Assembly: GCA_038087875.1 (NCBI GenBank)
Contig: CM075992.1
Span: forward strand, 11,472,001 to 11,536,000
Length of the DNA stretch: 64,000 bases
DNA from: Malacoraja senta
Lineage: Eukaryota
Reading direction: 5' to 3'
Of the stretch, positions 35,850 through 49,650 are shown piece by piece. The position numbers were made by a program, and so were the translations under genes. The notes below the pieces were generated by a model. That model searched no databases. It was not told where the DNA came from and saw nothing but the letters and a program-made list of their open reading frames with translations. Every line of letters begins with the position of its first letter. Position 1 is the first letter of the stretch.

Positions 35850-38390
35850 GTGGGAGATTACAAGTTGAATCAGGAGTTAAAATTGGCATGTCGTAAAGGT
35901 AATGCTACAGTTGTTATGGGAGATTTCAACACGCAGGTAGACTGGGAAAATCTGGACCCCAAGAAAGGGAGTTTGTGGAGTGCCTCCGTGATGGATTCTT
36001 CGAGCAGCTTGTATTGGAGCCTACCAGGGAGAAGGCAATTCTGGATTTAGTGTTATGTAATGAACTGGAACTTGAGGATAAGGAAGTTGAGGTTAAGGAG
36101 CCATTAGGAGATAGTGACCATAACATTAGGAGATAGTGACCATAATATGGTCAAATTGAATCTACAATTGGAGAGGGAGAAGGGTAAATCGGAGGTGTCG
36201 GTTTTACAGTTGAATAAAGGGGGCTATGGAGCCATGAGGGAGAAGCTGGCCAAATTGACTGGAAAAATACCCTGGAAGGGATGACAGTGGAACAACAATG
36301 GCAGGTATTTCTGGGAATAATACAGACGGTGCAGGATCAGTTCATTCCAAGGGGAGTATGCGGCTAATGTGGCTGACCAGGGACGTCAGGGTCAGTATAA
36401 AAATAAAAGAGTAGCAACGTAGCACAGATGACCGGGAAGCAAGAGGATTGGGTAATGTCTAAAGAGCAACAGAAGAGAACTGAAATGGCAATACGGGGAG
36501 AAAAGATGAGATACGTAGGTAAGCTAGCCAAGAATATAAAGGAGGATAGTAAAAGCTTCTTTAGGTATGTAAAGAGGAACAAATTAGTTAAGATCAAAGT
36601 TGGACCCTTGAAGACTGAAAAAGGTGAATTTATTATGGGGAACAAGGAAAGGACAGATGAGTTGAACAGGCACTTTGGATCCATCTTCACTAAGGAGGAC
36701 ACAAACATTTTCTTGATATACTAGTGGCCAGAGGATCTGGGGTGACTGGAGGAACTGAAGGAAATCCACATTAGGCAGGAAATGGTGTTGGGTAGACTGA
36801 TGGGACTGAAGGCTGATAAATCTCCAGGGGCCTGCTAGTCTGCATCCCAGGGTACTTAAGAAAGTGGCTCTAGAAATCGTGGATGCATTGGTGATAATTT
36901 TCCACAGTTTTATAGATTCAGGATAAGTTCCTGTGGATAAGAGGATAGCTAATGTTATCCCACTTTTTAAGAAAGGCGGGAGAGAGAAAACAGGGAATTA
37001 TACACCAGTTAGCCTGACATCGGTGGTGGGGAAGATGCTGGAGTCAATTATAAAAGATGAAATAGCGGCACATTTGGATAGCAGTAACAGGATCGGTACA
37101 AGTTAGCATGGATTTCCGAAGGGGAAATCATGCTTAACTAATCTTCTGGAATTTTTTGAGGATGTAACTAGGAAAATGGACAAGGGAGAGCCAGTGGATG
37201 TAGTGTACCTGGACTTTCAGAAAGCATTTGATGAGGTCCCACATAGGAGATTAGTGGGCAAAGTTAGGGCACATGGTATTGGGGGTAGAGTGCTGACATG
37301 GATAGAAAATTGGTTGGCAGACAGGAAACAAAGAGTAGGGATTAACGGGTCCCTTTCAGAATGGCAGGCAGTGTCTAGTGGGGTACCGCAAGGCTCGGTG
37401 CTGGGACTGCAACTATTTACAATATACATCAATGATTTAGATGAAGGGATTCAAAGTAACATTAGCAAATTTGCAGATGACACAAAGCTGGGTGGCAGTG
37501 TGAACTGTGAGGAGGATGCTATGAGAATGCAGGGTGACTTGGACAGGTTGTGTGGGTGGGCAGATGCATGGCAGATGCAGTTTAATGTGAATAAATGTGA
37601 AGTTATCCACTTTGGTAGCAAAAACAGGAAGGCAGATTACTATCTAAATGGTGTCAAGTTGGGAAAAGGGAAAGTACAAAAGCATCTGGGGGTCCTTGTT
37701 CATCAGTCAATGAAAGTAAGCATGCAGGTACAGCAGGCAGTGAAGAAAGCGAACGGCATGTTGGCCTTTATAACAAGAGGAGTTGAATATAGGAGCAAAG
37801 AGGTCCTGCAGTTGTATAGGGCCCTAGTGAGACCACATCTGGAGTATTGTGTGCAGTTTTGGTCCTATAATCTGAGGAAGGACATTCTTCCTATTGAGGG
37901 AATGCAGCGCAGGTTTACAAGGTTAATTCCCGGGATGGTGGGACTGTCATAGGCTAAGAGAATGGAGCGGCTGGGCTTGTATACTCTGGAGTTTAGAAGG
38001 ATGAGAGGGGATCTTATTGAAACATATAAGATTATTAAGGGTTTGGACAAGCTAGAGGCAGGAAACATGTTCCCGATGTTGGGGGAGTCCAGAACCAGGG
38101 CCACAGTTTCAGAATAAGGCGTAAGCCATTTAGAACAGAGACGTGGAACTTTTTCTCACAGAGAGTTATGAGTCTGTGTAATTCTCTGCCTCAGAGGGCA
38201 GTGGAGGCCGTTTCTCTGGATACTTTCAATAGAGAGCTAGATAGGGCTCTTAAAGATATCGTAGTCAGGGGATATGGGGATAAGGCAGGAACGGGGATTG
38301 GGGATGATCAGCCATGATCACATTAAATGGTGGTGTTGGCTCGAAGGGCCTGCTCCTGCACCTATTGTCTATTGTCTGTTATCTATTGAT
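35850..38390 (+). mobile_element. 5'-truncated CR1 (unit A1)
   Basis: EN C-terminus (MGDFN) and RT (YLDFQKAFD, VPQGSVLG, FADDTK), with 3'UTR and (TCTATTG)n tail. Confidence 0.93.
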
Positions 38391-38530
38391 TTTCCAATAC
38401 TCCTCTATGTACCTGAAACCAGCTGCTATGGCCTTGCCTCTTCCCATTCATGCCAAGTTCAAAGCACAAGCTCCCCAGTGAGGCAAAACAGTAAAGTATT
38501 AAATACAAAAATATGAGTGTCAGCACCCAC

Positions 38531-38683
38531 CTTCGCAGACTCTGTTGTCTGTGAAGTTACGTTGTTTGCTCGGGTGGAAATATCCTGCCTTACAGGTACA
38601 GTAGTAGCTTCCCTCTGTCTTGTGACAATCAGTGTTGGGGCCACACAGTGATTGTGCGGAAGTTCCATTACATTCATCTTCAT
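38531..38683 (-). CDS. ADGRE5-like: EGF exon copy 1 (membrane-proximal): [51 protein letters not shown]
   Basis: 153 nt, phase 1-1. Acceptor ctcctccatccag, donor gtgggt. Six Cys and the D-x-D-E-C start. The long C5-C6 loop is typical of CD97/EMR EGF domains. Confidence 0.92.
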
Positions 38684-41600
38684 CTGGATGGAGGAGAAGA
38701 AAAAAGATCCATGCTTTAATAAAAACCAAGAAGGGATGAGTGGTCTGTTGCCCATGCCAGCCCTCACACTCCACAGCTGATCATTCCTGGTCCTATCGTG
38801 ACCTGTCCCTCCATCTCCACCATCCCTTGATTCAATCAACATTCACAATGTCAGCCTGGTGTGTCCTCAACAACTGTGGCTCCACAGTGAGGAACAGGAA
38901 GACTCACAACCTTCTCAGGAAAGGGACCTTTCCTCAGCCCAGGCCTAAACGGACAAAGCCGCTGCCTCTCTGCTCCTCTGTTACTCCCACATCTACATCA
39001 GCAAACTTAGATTCTTTCTGCTTTTTGTGAAGTGTGTTATGTCATTAGAAGGAGTCTTGCCTACCCCTGCTTCTCACAATACCCCTCACTCCTCCCCCCA
39101 CTTACCCCACCTGGCCATCACCACATCCCTCCCAGTGGACCCCCTCCCCCCTCCGTTGTTCCCATCCCCCACTACTCTTCCCATATTGATTCACTCTTCA
39201 CCTTGCTTTCCTATCAAATTCCAGAATCCGCAGCCTTTTCTTGTTTCCACATCACCTCCCGGTCCCTGTCTCTATTTCCACCCTTCCCTAACCCACCTCA
39301 CTCCATCTGCTAATTAACCCTTCCTCATCTGTATCCACCTATCACTTGCCACACTTGCCCCAAGCCCTCCCCCACTCTTTGCAGTGGCTATCTCCCTTCT
39401 ATTCTTTCTGCCCACATGAAGGTCAGAACCTGTCCATTATCCACCAGAGATGCTGCCTGACCCACTGACAACTCTCCTTTGTTGTCCCAGATCCCAGCAT
39501 CTGTGATCTCTCGTGCTTCCTAGACCACCTCATGTTTCACTCTCATTCAAATATTCATCATGAGAAATAGAACAATGTTCTTGGTCTTTTCACAACCGAA
39601 GGCTTTGGTGCGATCTGAAAGTAAGGGCGGTTAGCTTTGTCCAAGCTTGCATCGCTGATCCACTGGCTCTTGAGGCAATGCGATTCCGGAATGAGCAGTC
39701 TTCCCTTGATAGGGTTAGAGACACCTGGTGATTGAAGGTGGGGAGACAGGGAAACTTGAGGCAGAGTGAGGTACCCTGACCTTGCCTCAGCTTTCCCCAT
39801 CTTGGCATCATGGATACATGTTGAACCATCCGTACCATCCGCCATTCCGGAACTGCAGATACTGGCTTATAGAAAAAGACTCAAAGTGCTGGAGTAAATC
39901 AGCAGACAAAGCAGCATCACTAGAGAACAGGTACAGGTGACATTTCGGGTTGTCGTGGAGGCGGGTGGGGGAAGAAAGCTGGAAGAGAAGTCAGGGCAGG
40001 ACAAAGCCTGGCAAGTGATATGTAGATACAAGTGGGGAAGGGGCTGATTAACTCCTGTGGATGTTGAAGAAACAGCAGCAAAGAGAAGCAGGAAAAAGCA
40101 CTGATTGGCTCTAGCTCGAGTGGGAGGAGAGTTAGAAGTGAGTCAGAGGGGGAAAACAGTTGAAAAAGAGAGGCAAAGCACAGGCAGACTTATACCAGAG
40201 CTCCCGTGGATTTTGAAGAAACAGCAGCAAAGAGAAGCAGGAAAAAGCACTGATTGGCTCTAGCCCGAGTGGGAGGAGAGTTAGAAGTGAGTCAGAGGGG
40301 GAAAACAGTTTAAAACTGAGGAATTTGGTTTGTAAATTGGTAAATTAGGCAATTTATCAGTCAATATAAGCTAGGCGGCTCTTAGGGAGCGGCCTTGTGA
40401 GGGAAGTGTGAGTCTTTGGCGAGGAGGCTGAGGAGAGGAGGCTACACTTAAAGCTGGAGAGGACGGAACGCGGTGAACACATGTCGGGGCAGATGAGACA
40501 GTGTGAGTCTTGCAGAATATGGGAGCCCAGGGACACAGATGGAGCCTCTGGCTGCTACAACTGTAGCAAGTTCGTCCAACTTCAGCTCCTAAAGAACGTG
40601 TTGTGGCCCTGGAGAAGCAGCTGGATTGCCTCGGGGCCATCTGGGAAAACGAGTGTTTCCTGGACAGGAAATACAGTGAGGTAGTCACGCCGAGGTTACG
40701 GGAAGAACCAAGGTGTGTGACGGAGAGAAAGGGTGGAAATCGTGGAGTGCAGAAGACTCGGGTGGCTGTGCCTAGTGAAAACAGGAATGCCCTCTTGGGA
40801 ACTGTCTGGGGAGACGATGTTTCCAGTCCGAGCGGTGGACACGTCGGTGGCTCCAATCCTGGAGATGGGGCTCGACCGGCGAGACTGACGTCGGGTAGAG
40901 CACTAGTGGTGGGTGACTCCATTGTCCGAGGGATGGACAGGAGATTCTGTGGCGGTAGACGAGATGCGAGGATGATCTGTTGCCTCCCTGGTGCCAGGGT
41001 TCAGGATGTCCCGAGCCGAATTCTGAACATCCTCGAGAGAGAAGGTGAACAGCCGGCAGTAGTTGTGCATGTAGGCATAAACGACATTGGGAAGAAGTGG
41101 AAGGAGGTTCTCCAACATGACTTCAGAGAGTTGGGAAGTAGACTGAAATGCCGGACTTCTAGGGTGGTTATCTCTGAATTGCTTCCAGTACCTCGTGCTA
41201 GTGAGGACAGGAACAGGGAGATAGGGGATCTGAATGTGTGGCTGAGGGGCTGGAGCAGGGAGCAAGGATTTAGATTTATAGACCACTGGGATCTCTTCTG
41301 GGGTAGGGGTGACCTGTACAAAAGGGACTGGTTACACCTTAACTGGAGGGGGACTGACATTCTGGCAGGCAGGTTTGCTAGGGCTACACGTGTGGGTTTA
41401 AACTAAATAGGGGGGGGGGAGGGATTGACAAATTGGGAGAATAAAGATGGAGTTGAAGGGGAAGTGGCTGCAAGAAAAATTACAAAAGATTCTTAAATTA
41501 ATGGGAAGGAAAGGTTGAGAATGGACAACAGAGTAAGGTCAGGGCCAATTGCGAGCGGTGCGAGGGGGGAAGTGAATACGGAGGTCAAAGTGCTGTATAT

Positions 41601-43377
41601 GAATGCGCAAAGTATAAGGAATAAAGTGGAACGAGCTTGAAGCTCAGTTAGAAACTGGCAAGTATGATGTTGTGGGAATTACTGAGACATGGCTGCAAGA
41701 GGGCCAGGGCTGGGAACTGAATATTCAAGTATATACCTCCTATCGAAAAGACAGAAAGGTGGGCAGAGGGGGTGGGGATGCCCAGTGGGTGAGGAATGAA
41801 ATTCAGTCCCTTGCAAGGGGTGATATGGAAACAGGAGATGTGGAGTCATTATGGATAGAACTAAGGAATTGGAAGGGTAAAAAGACCCTAATGGGACTAA
41901 TCTACAGGCCCCCAAACAGTAGCCTGGACATAGGGCGCAAGTTGAATCGGGAGTTAAAATTGGCATGTATTAAAAGTAATGCTGTGTTTGTTATGGGAGA
42001 TTTCAACATGCAGGTAGACTGGGAAAATCAGGTTGGTACTGGACCCCAAGGAAGGGGCTTTGTAGAGTGCCTTAGTGATGGATTCTTTGAACAGCTTGTA
42101 TTGGAGCCTACCAGGGAGAAGGCAATTCTGGATTTAGTGTTAAGTAATGAATCGGATTTGATAAAGGACCTCGAGGTTAATTAGCCATTAGGAGGTAGTG
42201 ACCATAACATGGTCAGGTTTAATCTCCAATTGGAGAGGGAGAAGAGTAGATCGGAGGTGTCAGTGTTGCAGTTGAATAAAGGGGACTATGGGGCCATGAG
42301 GGAGGAGCTGGCCAAAGTTGACTGGAAAGATACACTGGCAGGGATGACAGTGGAACAAAAATGGCAGGTGTTTTGTGAGAAAAATGTGAGTCTTTGGTGA
42401 GGAGGCTGAGGAGAGAAGGCTACGCATAAAGCTGGAGAGGACGGAACGCGGTGAACACGTGTCGGGGCAGATGAGACAGTGTGAGTCTTGCAGAATATGG
42501 GAGCCCAGGGACACAGATGGAGCCTCTGGCTGTTACATCTGTGGCAAGTTCGTCCAGATACAACTCCTAAAGGACTGTGTTGGGGCACTGGAGAAGCATC
42601 TGGATTACCTCCGGGCCATCCGGGAAAACGAGAGTTGACTGGACAGGACCTACAGTGAGGTAGTCACGTTGAGGTTTCGGGAAGAACCATGGTGTGTGAC
42701 GGAGAGAAAGGGTGGAAATCGTGGAGTACAGAAGATTCAGGTGGTTGTGCCAAATGAAAACAGGTACGCCCTCTTGGGAACTGTCCGGGAAGACGATGTT
42801 TCCAGTCCAATCATGAGTTAAAATTGGCAAGTAGTAAAAGTAATGCTGTGGTTGTTATGGGAGATTTCAACATGCAGGTAGACTGGGAAAATCAGGTTGG
42901 TACTGGACCCCAAGAAAAGGGACTTTGTAGAGTGCCTCAGTGATGGATTGTTTGAACAGCTTGTATTGGAACCTACCAGGGAGAAGGCAATTCTGGATTT
43001 AGTGTTAAGTAATGAACCGGATTTGATAAAGGACCTTGAGGTTAATGAGCCATTAGGAGGCAGTGACCATAACATGGTCAGGTTTAATCTACAATTGGAG
43101 AAGGAGAAGAGTAGATCGGAGCTATGGGGCCATGAGGGAGGAGCTGGCCAAAGTTGACTGGAAAGATACACTAGCAGGGATGACAGTGGAACAAAAATGG
43201 CAGGTGTTTTTAGGAATAATACAGATGGTGCAGGATCAGTTCATTCCTAGGAGGAAAAAAGATTCTAAGGGGAGAAAGGTACGACCATGGCTGACAAGGG
43301 ACGTCAGGGACAGTATAAAAATTAAAGCGAAAAAGTTCAAAGTAGCAAAGGTGAGCGGGAAGCAAGAGGATTGGGTA

Positions 43378-43719
43378 ATAATAATAATAATAATGGATGG
43401 GATTTATATAGCGCCTTTCTAATACTCAAGGCGCTTTACATCGCATTATTCATTCACTCCTCAGTCACACTCGGTGGTGGTGAGCTACTTCTGTAGCCAC
43501 AGCTGCCCTGAGGCAGACTGACAGAAGCGTGGCAGCTAATCTGCGCCTACGGCCCCTCCGACCACCACCAAACACTCACACACATTCACACACATTCACA
43601 CGCAGGCAAAGGTGGGTGAAGTGTCTTGCCCAAGGACACAACAACAGTATGCACTCCAAGCGGGATTCGAACCGGCTACCTTCTGGTTGCCAGCCGAACA
43701 CTTAGCCCATTGCGCCATC
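43378..43719 (-). mobile_element. Full-length tRNA-derived SINE with L2-type tail and (ATT)n
   Basis: Head GATGGCGCAATGGGCTAAG..GGTTCGAATCCC, body TCCTTGGGCAAGACACTT, tail GTAAAGCGCCTTGAG..AAAGGCGCTATATAAAT. Absent from the paralogous site at ~60238. Confidence 0.88.
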
Positions 43720-44019
43720 TGTTTAAAGAACAACAGAAGATAACCAAAAAGACTTCCGGTGGGGGCGACATGTTGGAGTAGTCGCACTTTTCCACGCTCC
43801 CGACCTTTTCACCTCCAACTTATATTACAGCTCAGTCTAAGTTTTTTAACCACCCACAAACATTTAAACATCATTGTCAGTACCTCTCTACGCTGTAAAG
43901 ATGCCAAACAAAGGAAAGAAAGCGGAGCAAAAGACAGAAGACCCGACGGCCACGCAAGCAGCCATGATAACAGAACATAAGGTATTGTTACTGGCAGAAT
44001 TCAACACTGCGTTACCAAA

Positions 44020-44706
44020 TTGGAAACGAAGCTGGACAATATCCAGATCACTATGTTAGACCACCAACACCGTCTCTCGTCATTAGAGTCTTTTGCCGCT
44101 ACCACGAGCCAAGATATACGAGCTATAACGTTAATGTTAACTACGGTGACCGAAGAGAACGCCAAGCTAAAGGCTAAGCTTATCGGCCTGGAAGGCAGGA
44201 GTCGCCGAAATAACATAAGGATAGTGGGTCTTCCCGAGAATATCGAGGGCTCCCAAACAACAGCGTTTTTCTCTCAACTTCTGCTCGAGACTCTTGGCGA
44301 ACACATACTGGAATCGGCCCCGGAGCTAGACCGAGCCCACCGTACGCTAACACCCAAGCCAAGCCCTGGTGAGAAACCCAGAGCAGTTGTGATCTGCTTC
44401 CATAGATACCAGACCCGTGAGTTGGTGGTACGTGAGGCTCGGAGACAGAGAGGTAAGCTGAAATACAAAGATACCCCGTTCCACATTTTCGAAGACTACT
44501 GTCCCGAGATAGTTGAACAACGCTCCGCGTACCGAGACGTTATGAAGGAGCTGTATAACCTGGGTTTCAAACCCTCCCTTCATTATCCAGCCAAGCTGTT
44601 CATAATGTCCGGGGAGGGAAAGAGGCGACGACTAACATCTCCCGAGGACGCTCAGGATTTCATCTCATCTTACCGTCGACGCAGACCGGGACCCACAGAT
44701 GACTGA
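44020..44706 (+). CDS. L1 ORF1p (coiled coil/RRM/CTD); N-terminus from 43901 is frameshifted
   Basis: RSRRNNIRIVGLPE, ELDRAHR, YPAKL motifs. Confidence 0.85.
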   Translation: METKLDNIQITMLDHQHRLSSLESFAATTSQDIRAITLMLTTVTEENAKLKAKLIGLEGRSRRNNIRIVGLPENIEGSQTTAFFSQLLLETLGEHILESAPELDRAHRTLTPKPSPGEKPRAVVICFHRYQTRELVVREARRQRGKLKYKDTPFHIFEDYCPEIVEQRSAYRDVMKELYNLGFKPSLHYPAKLFIMSGEGKRRRLTSPEDAQDFISSYRRRRPGPTDD

Positions 44707-45878
44707 CTTCGTTCAGTACGTCTATATTCGAGTGGCACAGGGGCCCGGTTAATCTATGGTTACATGGACTAACTTTAGCTTGACTGTTCCTAATAACTAG
44801 CTATGGTTAGCGTTCAGCATTGCTGATTATACTAGACCCCGGTTTCAAAATGTATGAGGCTGGTAAGAAATCACCAGGATTTGTGAATATTTTATATCAA
44901 CTTTTTCTTATATTGTCTATGTGTAATTGTGCTTGAGGGGTCCCTCACCAGCATATGCTATAAAACTGGGCTCAAAGGACCCACTTTGTGGTTTGTGATT
45001 TGGTCTCTGCCTTCCTGTTCTTAGCAGCTGGCCGCTAATGCTGTCAGCACCTGGCTAGTTTGCTTATACTAATCTTCATAACGAACTGTCTGGGGCTGAT
45101 AAGAGCTCATTACAGCCAGGGCTGTGTTATACAAATCTTATCTTATACCTTTTTTGTTTAACAAAACATAATTGATGCCTTTAGCGCTGTGCTTTAATCC
45201 AACAGCCCAGTTTGTAATTTGCTAACCTTTCCAACGCCAACTCTCTCTTTATACTTTGTCAATTTTAAGACATACTATGTAACACCAAAGGAAGTTATTC
45301 CGGATCCACTTACACGTTAGCCGGTTTATTTAGTATCACCATTTTGTTAATATGCTTTGTCTTATTGTGACTATCATCATTGCTATTACTATTAGTGTTA
45401 GCAATGGTACTGGCAGTGCAACCATTATGGTTATTATTTTAACTTTGCATTTATCAATGTATGTTTATCTACTTTATTCCTACTCTATTTTTCAAATTAT
45501 TATCATCATCATCATTATTACTATTACTACACTTATTTTACTTCATGTTACCTTATCGACACTGAGTGACCGTCGCTTTGGGAAGCGGTGATATAGGGAG
45601 TTAAGATTGGATATCTCCATGCGGAAGCGAGGACAACGCACCTTGGTGCAATGGGCACTTAAGGTTCAGTTGAGACATGGGGGAATCTCAGGTCTGGAGA
45701 CTCAGGTTTGAAAGATGGTTAAATGATATGTGTTCCACTTGTTTGCTGTGTGTGTATGTTTTTGTTCTTGTTCCCCCCCCCCCCCTCCCCCTCCACATCC
45801 CCACTCTCGGCAGCTGGCTTCGATGCGCTCTTCCGTCTCGTTTTGCAGAAGTACAGCGCATTACCCATATAGCTAAAT

Positions 45879-48800
45879 ATGGCTAACACAAACGATACTC
45901 TTAGATTTGTCTCGTGGAACGTGAGAGGGATGGGAAGTCCTACCAAAACTGATAGGAACTTGGCCCATTTGCAACAGCTCAAAGGTGATATATTCTTCAT
46001 CCAAGAGACCCACCTTCGCAACAGAGAGGTAACACGGCTTAAGAGAGGCTGGATTAGTCAACTATTTCAATCGAAATTTAATAATAGGGCTAGGGTCACC
46101 GCTATCCTGATTCGTAAGAACATTAAGTTCGAACCACAGAAAACTGTGGAAGACCCTGCTGGTCGCTTTGTCATGGTGTCGGGCAAATTGCAAGACACAC
46201 CTGTCAAATTGGCAAGCATTTATGGACCCAACTGGGATGACAGCTCATTTATAACTAAATTTTTTACATCTCTCCCAAATATTGAAAATCACCATGTCAT
46301 TGTGGGTGGAGATTTTAATCTGGTCCAAGATCCTATACTGGATAGATCTTCGAATAAAGCCTCTACTTTAACTAAATCCGGTAAGACTCTGCATGTTCTT
46401 GCCAAACAACTGGGGCTCACAGATCCATGGAGATTTATATTCCCCACGACTAAATTATTTTCATTTTTCTCCCACGTACATCGTACGTTTACCCGTATAG
46501 ACTTCTTTCTCTTAGATAATAGATTGCTTTCCAAAATCAAATCTAGTGAGTACCATAGCATCGTTATATCAGATCATGCTGCGACCTCCCTTGATCTTCA
46601 TTTTCGTAAACGAACTAACCCCTTTAAGTGGAGGTTCAACTCCTCATTATTAGCAGAGGCTCAATACATGCAATTCTTGCACTCCCAAATCACCCTATAT
46701 TTTGAGCTGAATGACTCGCCGGACATAGAAAGAGGTATACTTTGGGAAGCTTCAAAAGCCTATATTAGGGGCCAACTTATTTCCTTTATCTCCAACCTGA
46801 AAAGAACCGAGACGTTCCAAACGGCAGATCTGTTACAAAAAATAAAGGACATTGATGACAAATATGCATCTGACCCAAACCCTAATCTCTATAGAGAACG
46901 CCTTAGGCCACAAACAGACTTTGACCTCATATCCATTAATAAAGCCAAACTACGACTGCTTAAATCTAGGCAACACTTTTTTGAATCTGGGGATGAAGCT
47001 GGAAAGCTTTTGGCCCATCAGGCCAGAACAGAGGCGACTTCACAGCTAATTCCAGCCATCAGATCCAGCTCAGGGGAGACTCATACTGATCCTCTCAGAA
47101 TTAATGAAGCATTTGCTAAATTCTACACTGAACTATACACTTCCGACTGTCCGCCCACTGCAGGTGACATGTTCAGCAGTATGACGCTTCCCCGAATTGA
47201 CGAAGAAGCCATGAGAGACTTGGGTGGTCCCATAACTGTAGCTGAGGTCCAAGCAGCCATCACATCGCTGCAAAGCGGAAAGTCACCCGGCCCTGACGGC
47301 TTCTCTGTAGAATATTACAAAGCTTTCTCTGACCTCCTCGCACCAGTCCTGAGAGATATGTACAATGAGGCGTTTTTACATCGTCGCCTACCGCCCACCT
47401 TGTCGTGGGCTACCATCTCCCTAATTCTTAAAAAGGAGAAAGATCCCCTGCTTTGTAGTAGCTATAGACCAATCTCACTCCTGAATGTGGACCTCAAAAT
47501 CCTTTCTAAAGCCCTTGCGCTCCGTCTTCAATGAGTAATGCCCTCTATTATCTCGTTAGATCAAACAGGGTTTGTACCTGGCCGACAGTCTTCCCATAAT
47601 ACTAGGCGTCTCCTTAACATCATTCACTCTTCGAGTAATGAGACCCTGGAGATGGTGATCTCCCTCGATGCCGAAAAGGCCTTCGACAGGGTCGAGTGGA
47701 GGTACTTATATGATGGATAGGTTTGGCCTCGGAAACAGTTTTATTCTCTGGGTGAGCCTATTATATTCGTCCCCGGTGGCCTCAGTACAAACAAACGACA
47801 TACTGTCGCCCCACTTCACACTTCAGAGAGGTACCAGACAGGTACCACTATCTCCACTCTTGTTTAATGTCGCGATAGAACCCCTGGCGGTCTGGTTACA
47901 CGCAGAGAAGGGCTTTAAAGGTATTACATGGTTTGACACAACTCATAAAGTCTCATTGTATGCGGATGACCTGCTCGAACCCAGTCAGTTCTCTCCCTGT
48001 GATTATGAATATTTTAAAACGGTTTGGTGCATATTCTGGTTATAAACTTAACTACCAAAAGAGTGAGCTATTACCGATTAACTTACCGGCTAAGCAGCTC
48101 CCTCGCTCTTTAGCCTCATTCAAAAGGGCAGAGGATGGCTTTCGCTATCTCGGCGTTTTTATCACAATACCCTTATCTGATATGTTCCGCACAAACTTTT
48201 TACCTCTGGTTGAGAAAGCCGAAAAAGATTTTGACCGCTGGTCAGTTTTACCACTATCCCTCGTGGGCCGGATAAATCTGGTTAAGATGGTTGTCCTACC
48301 CAAATTCCTGTATCTTTTCCAGCATGTCCCCATACTTATCATCAAATCTTTTTTTGACAAATTAGAAAGGACAATATCTAAATTCTTATGGGGTAGCAAA
48401 CCGGTCAGAATCCGAAAGGCGATACTGCAGTCGCCTAAGAGTGATGGCGGTCTGGCCCTCCCTGATTTTAGGCGATACTACTGGGCAGCTAACTTGCAAA
48501 AACTCCTGTATTGGATGAATGATGATTGCGAGCACCCACCGATCTGGGTATATATGGAAAAGGCGAGTTCACGTCTCCCGTTGCGGTCTGTCCTATGCTC
48601 CCAACTCCCCCTTTCTATAACATCTGTGGGTGCAGGCCCAATTGTGTCCCTTTCGCTCAAGATATGGAGTCAATTTAGGAAAAACCTCGGTTTACAGGGT
48701 CCTTCCATCTTGACCCCACTGCTTAAAAATCACATTTTTAAACCTTCTAGTATAGACCACGCATTTAAAACCTGGCATAGTAATGGCATCAGTAGTATTA

Positions 48801-49650
48801 AAAACCTATATAAGGATGGCATCTTCTCATCTTTCGTGGAGCTCTCGTCTAACTACAACCTCCCAAACTCCCACCTTTTTCGGTTTTTCCAGATTAGGGA
48901 TTTTGTGAAGAAGACATTTCCCTACTTCCCAAATCGCCCTCCTGAAACCCTGACTGATATCATCTTAGCCTTAGACCCCAATCGGAAGAAATGCATCTCT
49001 ATTTTGTATAATTTGCTAGGGTCGGTTTTATTGAAACCTCATACCTCATTAAAAGCTGCGTGGGAGGGAGAGCTGAATACGCAATTAACAGACCAGCAAT
49101 GGGACTCTGCCTTGGATTTGATCCACTCTTCTTCCATATGCGCTCGTCATGGCCTAATCCAATGCAAAGTCCTTTACAAAGTCCACTACACAAATGCAAG
49201 ATTAGCTAGAATGTACCCAGCTGTTAATGACACCTGTACATATGTAGTCAATCTCCTGCCAACCATAGCCACATGTTTTGGTCTTGCCCTAAGCTAGCAG
49301 CCTTTTGGAGGAGTGCTTTTGAATTGATAAGCAGAGCTTACGACCAGACTATTCTTCCAAATCCAATGTCAGCTATTTTCGGTACCCCTCCCAATACTAA
49401 CCTCTCTGTTGCGGTGAAACGGGTCCTAGCTTTTACAACCTTGTTAGCCCGGAGACTGATCTTGCTTAGTTGGAGGCTTACCTGTCCCCCGACACACGCC
49501 CGTTGGATTAAGGAGGTGCTTTACAATCTGAAACTTGAAAAACTTAGGTTCTCTCTCAAAGGCTCTACCAAGACATTCCTAGATACATGGAACCCTTTCT
49601 TTGAACTGGTTAACTCTCTTACCTTGTCCCCGGACTCGGAAGAGGACTGA
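45879..49650 (+). pseudogene. L1 ORF2p (APE endonuclease + RT + C-terminus), lightly disrupted
   Basis: 551-aa ORF ending in TGA at 47532-47534, continued by ORFs at 47538, 47668, 47933 and 49273. Confidence 0.9.

Noticed and set aside
39558..39845. ORF conserved between units (also 57360-57677)
   Set aside because: Conservation is explained by recent duplication. No recognisable domain or convincing splice sites.
43645..43719. tRNA gene (also tRNA-like heads at ~11260, 30310 and 10930)
   Set aside because: Each head continues directly into a SINE body and LINE-derived tail, and no proper acceptor stem was seen.
45352..45591. Hydrophobic ORF in the L1 inter-ORF spacer
   Set aside because: Derived from ATT/ATC/ACT simple repeats, with no evidence of coding.
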